A stretch of 58,913 nucleotides of DNA, the filler included. It is 3 parts of 3 records of this genome, joined end to end, with 100 filler letters (N's around TTAATTAATTAA, not from the genome) between each part and the next. Parts side by side here need not be neighbours in the genome. Positions count along the whole stretch, not along the records: positions 9,106 to 34,294 come from SRR20825006_1901; 2 more parts are not named here. The stretch is one strand, 5' to 3'. The position numbers and the translations under genes are program-made. The notes under the pieces are model-generated. The model saw only the letters and a list, made by a program, of their open reading frames with translations, was not told where the DNA came from and did not search any database. Positions 10,683-18,904 of the stretch are shown in pieces. Position 1 is the stretch's first letter. Each line of letters starts with the position of its first letter.

Positions 10683-10839
10683 GCGTGTTCATTTCCGCTG
10701 CAACAATTGTGGGCACCGCTTCGAAGTCGAAGTGCTTGATGAGTACGAACGTCGCGAGGCCCGCCGTGAAAAGCGGCCGACTAGCGCGGTGCATTGTCCC
10801 GAATGTTATCGAACCGATATCCGGAGGGGTTGGGAATGA
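10675..10839 (+). CDS. Small zinc-ribbon protein (FmdB-like CxxC...CxxC)
   Basis: FRCNNCGHRFE...HCPEC. ATG 10675 overlaps the TIR stop (ATGACTGA). Confidence 0.75.
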   Translation: MTERVHFRCNNCGHRFEVEVLDEYERREARREKRPTSAVHCPECYRTDIRRGWE

Positions 10840-10861
10840 AGGCTCGTGAGGGAGACCACAT

Positions 10862-11383
10862 ATGCGAAGCACTTTGAACGCAAAATCAGCCGCTCTCGCC
10901 GAGGAGCCGAAAGGTACGCTGTTTCTCCTCAAGAGGTACGGCCATCAGCCGATCTATGGCATTAAGCTTTCCGAACCATTGAATCAGCCCAACGACAAAC
11001 CGACGGTTCTGCTATTGAACCCTGACTTTGGGCGTGAAGGCGAAGCCAATTGGCATCGGATATTCCAGTGGGAAGCGGACGAGTGGTGTATCTCCTTTGG
11101 AACCGACTGGATATTGCAGCCTGATTTCGCGGCTTCTTCGCTGTCTGAGATGAACGATCCGCAGCAAGAGGCATGTCTGACGATCGGGCCCCAGGGCATT
11201 CACTTCCGTGCGGCACCTGGCGACGGATTCCGGGTCTCCTATCGCCACTTCATCCATGTCGAAACCCTAGATCCGGTGAAGGATCTCGGAAATGCCGCCT
11301 TCCACCTCAACTCGTACCGAATCTTCTTGAACCGAGAGGATTGGGATAATGGGCGCCCCCCGATCTTTCAGCACGGCGTCTAG
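10862..11383 (+). CDS. Hypothetical protein (173 aa)
   Basis: GAGGGAG RBS, co-oriented 22 nt after the Zn ribbon gene, no recognisable motif. Confidence 0.7.
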   Translation: MRSTLNAKSAALAEEPKGTLFLLKRYGHQPIYGIKLSEPLNQPNDKPTVLLLNPDFGREGEANWHRIFQWEADEWCISFGTDWILQPDFAASSLSEMNDPQQEACLTIGPQGIHFRAAPGDGFRVSYRHFIHVETLDPVKDLGNAAFHLNSYRIFLNREDWDNGRPPIFQHGV

Positions 11384-11522
11384 GCGACAGCAACTTCTCC
11401 TTCGAAGCCAGGAACAGATACTTGCTGTGTCATAGGGTGATCGTTACGCCATGTGTGTCCGAACGTTTCACCGATATCACTGCACTCAAGACGTCGCTAA
11501 TCTGCTTTCAATGCGTCAACGT

Positions 11523-12515
11523 TCAATGGCTTCGTTCACCCGGCAGATAGAACTCCGTAATCCCGCGCTTCCCCTCAACCCGCCCGAGCTGGACGATCAC
11601 ATCGATGGACTTGCGGATATATTCCCGCACCTCGGCGAATGTTAGCGGCGTCCCTGCCTGCAGCACCATAATCGCCAGCCGGTCGATGGCGAGTTCCGCG
11701 GTTTCGGCGTGGATGGTGGAAACCGATCCACCATGACCGGTGTTGATGGCTTCGAGATAGGTCAGGGCCTCGGCCCCGCGCAGCTCGCCGACGATGATCC
11801 GATCGGGTCGCATACGGAGGGAGGCTTGAAGGAGAGCATTGGCGCTGCGTTGCGAACCGGCACCGCGGTCGGCCAGGAGGGCGACGGTGTTCGGCTGGCC
11901 GGGGAAGAGCTCGAAGGCGTCTTCGATGGTGATCAACCGCTCGTGCTCGCTCACATGGGTCAGGAGATGGCGGGCGAAGGTTGTTTTGCCGGTCGAGGTG
12001 CCGCCACTGATCAGGACGTTAAGCCGTGCCTCGACCAGGGTCTGTAGGGCAGCTTCGAGGTTCTCTTCGGCGAGACTGGAAATGTTCTTCATCTTCTCGG
12101 CTCGGAGCGCGTCGAGCGAGACGGCCTTGCCGAAGAGATAGGCAGGAGCGTAGTCCCGGACGCTGCCCGAGGCGAAGAGACGGATGGTGATCGAGGCCCC
12201 GCGGTCGATGGCGGGCGGCACGGCGACCTGGACCCGAAGCGGGCGGCCCGCGTATTCTACTTTGCCGGAGACGAGCGGGTTCTTTTCAGAGACGCGGGCC
12301 TTGGCGTCGCCGACGATGGTCTGGGCCATGTTGAGCGCAGTCGTTCGGTCCACGGTCTGGCCTTCGTGGCGCATGGTGGCGTCGCCCGCGGCCTCGAGCC
12401 AGACCTTGCCATCTGGATTGATCGCGATCTCGACCACGTCGTCACGCCTTAGAAGGTCACGGAACGGGTCGAGATAACGCTCGAGATAGGAGGTTGGGCT
12501 TTCTGAATGGCTCAA
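11523..12515 (-). CDS. virB11: T4SS ATPase VirB11
   Basis: ISGGTSTGKTT, TIEDAFEL, LRMRPDRIIVGELRG, NTGHGGSVSTIHA. Confidence 0.95.
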   Translation of the reverse strand: MSHSESPTSYLERYLDPFRDLLRRDDVVEIAINPDGKVWLEAAGDATMRHEGQTVDRTTALNMAQTIVGDAKARVSEKNPLVSGKVEYAGRPLRVQVAVPPAIDRGASITIRLFASGSVRDYAPAYLFGKAVSLDALRAEKMKNISSLAEENLEAALQTLVEARLNVLISGGTSTGKTTFARHLLTHVSEHERLITIEDAFELFPGQPNTVALLADRGAGSQRSANALLQASLRMRPDRIIVGELRGAEALTYLEAINTGHGGSVSTIHAETAELAIDRLAIMVLQAGTPLTFAEVREYIRKSIDVIVQLGRVEGKRGITEFYLPGERSH

Positions 12516-13936
12516 TAAATCACCACATCCCGGTCCACGAGCACGGTGACCGAGGCCCCTTGATCGACATAGATCGTCGGTGCGATCGAGACCTGGTCGG
12601 CGATGACTGAGCCGACGGCGTCCTGAAGGTCGCTGCCGACATCGCCCAGAACGATGCTGGTGGTTTCGTTGTTGGTACTCTCCGCCGCCACGGCCGGCGC
12701 CGCCCCGATCACGGAAATCAGTGCCGCTCCGCCGAAGCGCTCGGCGAACTTGGTGTCGACGAGACCGGTGAGGCCAGAGCGGCCGAGCTGATCCCCGCCC
12801 ACGGCGGCGATTTCCATCGAGGTGCCGTCCGGCGTCAGGACGCGGGTCCAGAGGATCAGGATACGCTTCTGATGCATCTCGATGCCCGAGCGGTATTGGC
12901 CAAAAAGGCGGGAACCCCGGGGGATCAGGATCCGGTCCCCGGAAAATGCCGGAACCGGTTCGGAGACCACCGCGACGACCGAGCCAGGCAGATCGCTGTT
13001 GATGGCGGTCTGGAGCGCGGCCTGAATGACCGAGCCTTGGGTCAGCGTGCGCTCGGGATGGGTGAGGCGGGCGGCCTCCTGCACCTCAAGTGGCCGCGCG
13101 CTCTGCAGAAACTGTTCATTGCCCGAGAGGACCGGCCCCCCGGTGCCAGCGGCCGCCGGATCGGCCACCGCCGCGCCACTTTGGCCACCACGCGGACCGT
13201 CGGCATAGACCACTGCGGGGGATTTGATCTGCGCGGTCAGAAGCTCCTCGGCGACCCGTTCGGCCTCGCGCTGGCGCTGTTCCTCTTCCTGCCGGCGGCG
13301 TTCTTCGAGAAGGCGCTGATCCGCAATCAGCCCCTCGCGGTCCAGCTCTGCCTCAAGACCCTCGCGCTGCGCCCGTTCGGCATCGAGCATGGCCTGCAGA
13401 CCTTCGATGCGGGTCTCGGTCTGGCGCTGCAGGTTGGCAAGCTCGGTTTCTTTTGCGGCCAGCGTCGCTTCAAGCGCCGCCTTCTGTTCGTCGAAGGCTT
13501 CGCGCAGGTCCGCGACGGCGGACTGGATTTCCGAGTTGCGGGCGGCCTGGCTGGCGGCGAGGGCCTCGCGGAGCTTGGCGATCTCGGCCAGCACTTCGGC
13601 GCTCGGTTCCGGGACAGGGGCTGCGGGCACATCGAGCGCTTCCTCGACAGCGATCAGCGCGTCATTGACCCGTTGCTCTGTTTCGTCGGGTGGAAACTCA
13701 AGCCGCCCGCCGGTGCCGGGGCGGCGGTCCTGGAAGGTCTCGACATCGGAGGTTCCCAGCGCGCTGTCGCCCTCCTGCAGGCCGTTGGCCAGGAAATACG
13801 CGACCCCGGCGGCGCCAAGGGCGAGGGCAGCGGCGATCGCGCCAACCCCGAGGCTGTTGCCGCGGCGTTTGGATTTGCCGCGCTGGCTGAACTGGTCGAG
13901 ACGGTCCTGAAGATCGGGAGGGGTTTGATCGGCCAT
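12512..13936 (-). CDS. virB10: T4SS core protein VirB10/TrbI
   Basis: N-terminal TM, coiled coil, QGSVIQAALQTAINSDLPG, GRSGLTG.VD.KFAERFG. Confidence 0.95.
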   Translation of the reverse strand: MADQTPPDLQDRLDQFSQRGKSKRRGNSLGVGAIAAALALGAAGVAYFLANGLQEGDSALGTSDVETFQDRRPGTGGRLEFPPDETEQRVNDALIAVEEALDVPAAPVPEPSAEVLAEIAKLREALAASQAARNSEIQSAVADLREAFDEQKAALEATLAAKETELANLQRQTETRIEGLQAMLDAERAQREGLEAELDREGLIADQRLLEERRRQEEEQRQREAERVAEELLTAQIKSPAVVYADGPRGGQSGAAVADPAAAGTGGPVLSGNEQFLQSARPLEVQEAARLTHPERTLTQGSVIQAALQTAINSDLPGSVVAVVSEPVPAFSGDRILIPRGSRLFGQYRSGIEMHQKRILILWTRVLTPDGTSMEIAAVGGDQLGRSGLTGLVDTKFAERFGGAALISVIGAAPAVAAESTNNETTSIVLGDVGSDLQDAVGSVIADQVSIAPTIYVDQGASVTVLVDRDVVIY

Positions 13937-13938
13937 GG

Positions 13939-14673
13939 TCAGTTGCTCACATAGATGGCGCTCTCGTCGCGCCAGGCGCAGATCGCCTCATCGCCGATGC
14001 GCAGCGTCCAGTAGGTGTTTACCCCGAGCACGCGAACGGTGTTGCCTTGCTGGGTCCAGTTGACCGTGCGCTCACGGCCCTGGTCATCGGCCTTGAAGAG
14101 GGCGGGCTGACGGGCGTTCTCCGGGAAGACGAAATACGTATAGCGCCCGTCGTCGTAGATATGGCTGGGGCGGAAATCCCCTTCGCCCGAGACGCGGTAA
14201 TTGTAGTTGCGCGGGGCCTCAACGCCCTTGGGCTGGGTTGCACTCGCCGCGCGGCGCTCCTCGTCGGGGTAACGGAAGCGGACCTCGAAGAACATGCCGG
14301 TGCGGTTCGGGATCGAGCCTTCGCGCAGATGGAAGGAATAGGTGCGGCGGTTGGTGATCACCGTCATGTTGGTCGAGGCATTGGCCACATGCGGCTTGAT
14401 CGTCAGCACATTGCCAAGCTCGGGGATCGGATCGACCTGGAAGCTTTCGGTGTCGCCGACGATCACTGCTTCAAACCGCTCCCCCGCCCCGAAATGGATC
14501 GTCGTCGAATGCCGAAGATCCGTTTCGATCCGGTAGACCTGGTTCTCGTTATAGACGGCGGTGCGGATGCGGATGTCGAGCGACCCGCCTTGCGGCGTGG
14601 CCTCGGCGAGGGCGGCAATAGGAATGGTAAGCGCTAGGAGAAACGTGGTGAGGAGCGCGGGCAGGGATTTCAT
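13939..14673 (-). CDS. virB9: T4SS core protein VirB9/TrbG
   Basis: Signal peptide, DIRIRTAVY, TNMTVITNRRTY, YDDGRYTYF. Confidence 0.95.
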   Translation of the reverse strand: MKSLPALLTTFLLALTIPIAALAEATPQGGSLDIRIRTAVYNENQVYRIETDLRHSTTIHFGAGERFEAVIVGDTESFQVDPIPELGNVLTIKPHVANASTNMTVITNRRTYSFHLREGSIPNRTGMFFEVRFRYPDEERRAASATQPKGVEAPRNYNYRVSGEGDFRPSHIYDDGRYTYFVFPENARQPALFKADDQGRERTVNWTQQGNTVRVLGVNTYWTLRIGDEAICAWRDESAIYVSN

Positions 14674-14678
14674 GGGGG

Positions 14679-15359
14679 TCAGTTCTCCAGGGTCTCGGCG
14701 TCGACGCGGTAGGAGGTCACCACGAAGCCCAAGGGGTTGGCCCAGACATCCTGAAGGCGCTGGCGGGTTTCGGGTTGGAAGTCGTAACTGAGCGTGGCGA
14801 CGTAAGACCGGGTCACGGTGCGGGTGTCGCGCGGCCGGCGCAGCGTGCGGGTGAAGCGGACCTGGGCCACGCCGCGCTCGATCTGGTTCACGGACTTGAT
14901 GACCACCTCGATCTTGGCGTCGCGCCCATAGACGGTGATCGGGTAGTCCTCATTGGTAGAGGACCAGAGATCGCGCAATGTGCGGGAAGCATCACCGTCG
15001 GAGCGGTCGAGGACCGAGTTGATGCGTTGCTCGCCATCGGTCAGGTCATAGGTTTCGCGGTCATCGACATAGGCCACCAGATTAGCCTGGATGATCGCAT
15101 CGCTTTCCGAGAGCGTCAGGGCCTGGACGGCGGCGACCCGGTCCATCTCGCCGGTCTCCTTGTCGACCACGACCACAAAAGTCTCGGTCGTCTTGAGCGG
15201 AAAGAGGCTCGCACCCGCGACCATTCCTGCCACGCCGACCAACACGCCCGCAGCCGCGACGAACCAAGCGAAACGCTCGCGCCGTCTTGGCCCGTAGATG
15301 AAATCCGCCTCGAAAGCGTCGCGGTCAGGCGCGGAGGAACTGGTCACAAGCTTCTTCAA
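14679..15359 (-). CDS. virB8: T4SS protein VirB8
   Basis: TM followed by LFPLK..VVVVDKETG, YVDDRETY, NPLGFVVTSYRVD. Confidence 0.95.
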   Translation of the reverse strand: MKKLVTSSSAPDRDAFEADFIYGPRRRERFAWFVAAAGVLVGVAGMVAGASLFPLKTTETFVVVVDKETGEMDRVAAVQALTLSESDAIIQANLVAYVDDRETYDLTDGEQRINSVLDRSDGDASRTLRDLWSSTNEDYPITVYGRDAKIEVVIKSVNQIERGVAQVRFTRTLRRPRDTRTVTRSYVATLSYDFQPETRQRLQDVWANPLGFVVTSYRVDAETLEN

Positions 15360-15376
15360 AGTCGTCGTCTTTCACA

Positions 15377-16390
15377 TCAGGGTTTGCGGAAGGCCTTGGC
15401 GGCGGAGAGAAGCGCGCCGGGGCTTTGCCGGATCAATTCGCCGGTCTTCACCACGCCCGCATTGGCCATCTGGTTCAGCTCATGCGGGGACTTGCCGGTG
15501 ACGAGGCGCGCGGTCGCGCCGGTGCCATACTGGCGCGTGTTCACGAAGCCCTGCCGCGCGAGCCCGGTCAGGCCCACGGCATTCGAGGCAATGCCGACAA
15601 CACCGGTGAGGTTGGAGGCGATGTAGGGGACTGAGGCCATGATCCCGGCGCTGAGGATCAGAATGACGAGGAAGGGCAGGATGAGGCTGACGGTCTCGAC
15701 ATCGCCCGGATCGGCCGAGGCGTCCCCGATCACTTCGGCGATCGCAACGATGATGCCCGCGGCCCCGGCGGCCGCGACCGGCATGAGCGCATAGCCGATG
15801 GTGGCGCGGGTCCAGGCCTCGAAGAGGGACTGGGTCGGCTTGAAGAGCGAGGTCACGATCATGAAGGGGGCGATGACGATCATCAGCGCGAAGACGATCC
15901 GGGCGAAGGCGATGATCCCGGCGGTGACGGCGGCGAAGACGGCGGAAAGGACGAAGAAGATGGCACCCAGGACCGCGCCGAAGACCCAGCCCGCGCGGTC
16001 GCCGATCGTGTCGCCATAGGCGGTGATGCGAGCGACCATGTTGTCGAGGCTCTCATAGACCCCGGCCTCGTCGCCCGACCCGGTGAGCGCCAGGATCGAG
16101 GCGCCGACGGAGTCAGGAACGCGCGTGACGATGTCATAGATGACGCTGAAATTGTCCCAGCTCTGCGCGAAGATCCCCACGAGCGCGATCTTCATGCCGA
16201 AGGCAAAGCCGGTGCCGAAGGACAGGGGGCGGAGTTGCATCACCGCGTTGATCCCGAGGAGCACGACAAGGAGCGCGGCCCCGGCGGAGATCACATCGCC
16301 GACAGCACCTGCCGAAGAGACAAACCCGTCCTGCGCCACGGTATCCACCGCGGCGTCGACCTGGCTCAGGATGTCGCGAATGACCCCCAT
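15377..16390 (-). CDS. virB6: T4SS inner membrane protein VirB6/TrbL
   Basis: Polytopic membrane protein, APFMI...LFKPTQSLFEAW, position before virB8. Confidence 0.92.
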   Translation of the reverse strand: MGVIRDILSQVDAAVDTVAQDGFVSSAGAVGDVISAGAALLVVLLGINAVMQLRPLSFGTGFAFGMKIALVGIFAQSWDNFSVIYDIVTRVPDSVGASILALTGSGDEAGVYESLDNMVARITAYGDTIGDRAGWVFGAVLGAIFFVLSAVFAAVTAGIIAFARIVFALMIVIAPFMIVTSLFKPTQSLFEAWTRATIGYALMPVAAAGAAGIIVAIAEVIGDASADPGDVETVSLILPFLVILILSAGIMASVPYIASNLTGVVGIASNAVGLTGLARQGFVNTRQYGTGATARLVTGKSPHELNQMANAGVVKTGELIRQSPGALLSAAKAFRKP

Positions 16391-16825
16391 CTACTCCGCA
16401 CAGGCCTCCACAACTTGCGCCTCGAGCGCGTCGGCCTGCGCGTAGAGATCGAGCACCTTGAATGGCAGGCGTGGGTTGTCCGAGGTCTGGAACCGGGGCA
16501 GGGCGGTGAGCGCCTGATCCCAGGTGAAGTCGCCCAGCAGGCAGGTGCAGGTTTCCGAGGCGAGGGCTTCTTCAGCAACAAGGATGCGCAGGATCGCGCG
16601 GTAGCCGTTCCGCAGGTAAGCGGTCTCGGCGAGATCCACCGGGGGTTTGGGGACGCGGCACGCATCCTCTTCATCCCGTGCGATCTCCATCGAGGTGAAG
16701 GGCCGATCCTGACCTGATGCCGCGTCAGGCAAGACAAGGAGGCCGAGCGGCAGGGCAAGCGAAAGGCTCAGAAGTCCGGCTTCCTTCAGGGTGAAGCGGC
16801 TCGGGGTAAGCTTGGAGGTCCTCAT
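16391..16825 (-). CDS. Exported Cys-containing hypothetical protein within the virB operon
   Basis: Signal-peptide-like N-terminus, 4 Cys, overlaps the virB5 stop and abuts virB6. Confidence 0.75.
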   Translation of the reverse strand: MRTSKLTPSRFTLKEAGLLSLSLALPLGLLVLPDAASGQDRPFTSMEIARDEEDACRVPKPPVDLAETAYLRNGYRAILRILVAEEALASETCTCLLGDFTWDQALTALPRFQTSDNPRLPFKVLDLYAQADALEAQVVEACAE

Positions 16826-17589
16826 GGATCCACCGCCATTGAGCGGAATTTGCGCTCGTCCGCGAGGGTCGCGGCATCGACGACGCCAAGCTGGCCGGCA
16901 CTGACGCCTTGGGCTGCTTCGAGGCGCCAGATCTGGGTTAGAATGATGCCGAGCTCGGCGGTGACGCGGGTGTTGAGATCGACGGCGGCCTTCAGCCCGT
17001 CCTGATCGTCGATGAGCCCGACCATGGTCTCGAGCCGTTCGAGGCTTTGCCCTGCCTCTTCGTGGCTCGCCTCGGCTGCGACGGAGAGCATGGCGCTTGC
17101 CCCGGCCGAGGTGGCGATGCGGTTGTCGGCAGGCTGATCGGAGCCCGAGAGCGTGCTCAGTCGTCCCGAGGTGAAGCCGCTGCCCGACAGAACCCGTTCG
17201 ACCGAGGCCGAGAGTTCTGCGCCTGGATTGAACCCGCTCAGGAAATCGCCGCTGGCCAGTGACTGCGCGGTATTGAGGGGGGCCACCAGCTTGCCACGCA
17301 GCGCGCGGAATTCTTCGACAGTGGCGAAGAGTTCTCCGAGCCCGCTGCCCTCAATCAGTGAAGTCAATTGCGCCTCGAGGTTCGTCAGTTGCGACAACTG
17401 GGTTTCTAGTTCCAGCCGCATGGTGGCGAGCTGCTGCATCTGGACGTTCAGGTCCTCGGCCATGTGCTCGAGCTGTGCCACGAGCTGACCAAGCTGTGAT
17501 CCATCAAAGGTCGGCACGCCCTGCGCCGCTGCGGGCGAGGCAAACCCGAGTGTGGTGACTGCGGCCACGGTCAGGAGAAAATGTCTCAT
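16822..17589 (-). CDS. virB5: T4SS minor pilin VirB5
   Basis: Signal peptide then QGVPTFD; helical; LKAAVDLNTRVTAE. Confidence 0.9.
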   Translation of the reverse strand: MRHFLLTVAAVTTLGFASPAAAQGVPTFDGSQLGQLVAQLEHMAEDLNVQMQQLATMRLELETQLSQLTNLEAQLTSLIEGSGLGELFATVEEFRALRGKLVAPLNTAQSLASGDFLSGFNPGAELSASVERVLSGSGFTSGRLSTLSGSDQPADNRIATSAGASAMLSVAAEASHEEAGQSLERLETMVGLIDDQDGLKAAVDLNTRVTAELGIILTQIWRLEAAQGVSAGQLGVVDAATLADERKFRSMAVDP

Positions 17590-18698
17590 TCGGGAACTCC
17601 CATCTGCATGAAGTCGCGCTCGGCCAGCCGGTCGGCGACGAGGTGCTGCGCGTAAGCCGCCTCGCGCTGCTGGTTTGCCGCCATCAGCCGGACGCGAAGG
17701 TTGAGGATGCGACCGATCTCGGCTTTGGCATAGGTGTTGAGCTCCCAGGCCGCTTTGGCATTGGGTTGCGCGTCGATCTGCAGGATGATGGCACGCAAGC
17801 GGTTGATCACCTGTTCGGTGGTGGCCGAGCTGTCGGCGGCGTAATAGACGCCCGCCTCGGAGATGCTGGCATATTCGGCGAGCGCAAAGTCCGAGGGCGA
17901 GAGCGTGCCGAGCGCGTCGGCACCACCAACCACGGCGAGGTATTCGTTGTAGAATTTCGAGATGTTGCGCACGTAGCCTTGGGTCTCGGCAAAGGGTGGC
18001 ACCCCGCCGTATTCGATGACCCGGCCCGGCCCCGCGTTATAGGCCGCGAGCGCATGGGGGATGTTGCCGAAGCGATTGAGTTGGGTCGTGATATAGCGCG
18101 CGCCGCCGCGGAGGTTGTCTTTTACGTCATAGCGGTCGACTCCAAGATCGGAGGCGGTGCCGGGCATGAGCTGGGTCAAGCCATAGGCGCCGACCGGGCT
18201 TTCGGCAGAGACGTTGAAGCGGCTCTCCTGCTTGATCAGGGCCTGGAAGAGGCAGCGCCACTGGGTGGCAGAAAGACCCGCGCGGGCCACACCGGGTGTG
18301 CCAGCGAACTCACCCGCGACCTCGACGATCATCATCTCGACCGTCTCGCGGCCTTCGCCGAAAAAGCGGCTGTTCATCGGGCTGGGATCGGTATTGGGAT
18401 AGACCGCTGCCACTCCGAAATCCGCGTTGCCATCGAGCGCGCGGATATCGAAGCCGGGCCCGGTGATGGCTGCGGTCATCTTCTCGAGGACGCGCAGCTG
18501 GTCGGCCTGCACATCGGCCAGCGTGGACTCGGTGTGGTCCTTGTCCTGCTGGACGCCCAGATCTTCGGCGAGAGCTGTCACCCGTGCAATGGCGCGCCCG
18601 ATCGCGGAATTATCCTGCGTCGGTACGCTCTGGGCATGCGCGGGCAGGGCGCTGAGGCCAAGGCTGAGCCCGGCGGATATGATCGCGACGCGGCTCAT
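17586..18698 (-). CDS. Lytic transglycosylase (SLT) domain inserted in a VirB5-like protein
   Basis: SLT motifs QESRFN, GAYGLTQLMPGTA, ALAAYNAGPG, PPFAETQGYV. The flanks align by eye with the adjacent VirB5. Confidence 0.88.
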   Translation of the reverse strand: MSRVAIISAGLSLGLSALPAHAQSVPTQDNSAIGRAIARVTALAEDLGVQQDKDHTESTLADVQADQLRVLEKMTAAITGPGFDIRALDGNADFGVAAVYPNTDPSPMNSRFFGEGRETVEMMIVEVAGEFAGTPGVARAGLSATQWRCLFQALIKQESRFNVSAESPVGAYGLTQLMPGTASDLGVDRYDVKDNLRGGARYITTQLNRFGNIPHALAAYNAGPGRVIEYGGVPPFAETQGYVRNISKFYNEYLAVVGGADALGTLSPSDFALAEYASISEAGVYYAADSSATTEQVINRLRAIILQIDAQPNAKAAWELNTYAKAEIGRILNLRVRLMAANQQREAAYAQHLVADRLAERDFMQMGVPE

Positions 18699-18904
18699 TC
18701 CGGACGGGGCAGGGACTCGAAGGTGCAGTCCGGCTTGGCCGTTGCGTGAGCCGGTGCGCCCATGGTCGAGACCGAAAACGCGGATCGCGTTACTTGCGGC
18801 TCACCATTGCGTCCGAAGCAGGGCGAGGTTTTCTCGGTGTATGTCTCGCAAGCCGACAGCAGGCTCGCGGCGGCGCAAAGCGCGAGGAGAGGTTTCGAAC
18901 TCAT
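18695..18904 (-). CDS. Small lipoprotein (VirB7-like or accessory)
   Basis: MSSKPLLALCAAASLLSAC lipobox; ATGA overlaps with both neighbours. Confidence 0.75.
   Translation of the reverse strand: MSSKPLLALCAAASLLSACETYTEKTSPCFGRNGEPQVTRSAFSVSTMGAPAHATAKPDCTFESLPRPE

Noticed and set aside
9741-11383. Calling the TIR locus Thoeris, CBASS or Pycsar
   Set aside because: No ThsA-type effector or nucleotide cyclase is recognisable in the fragment
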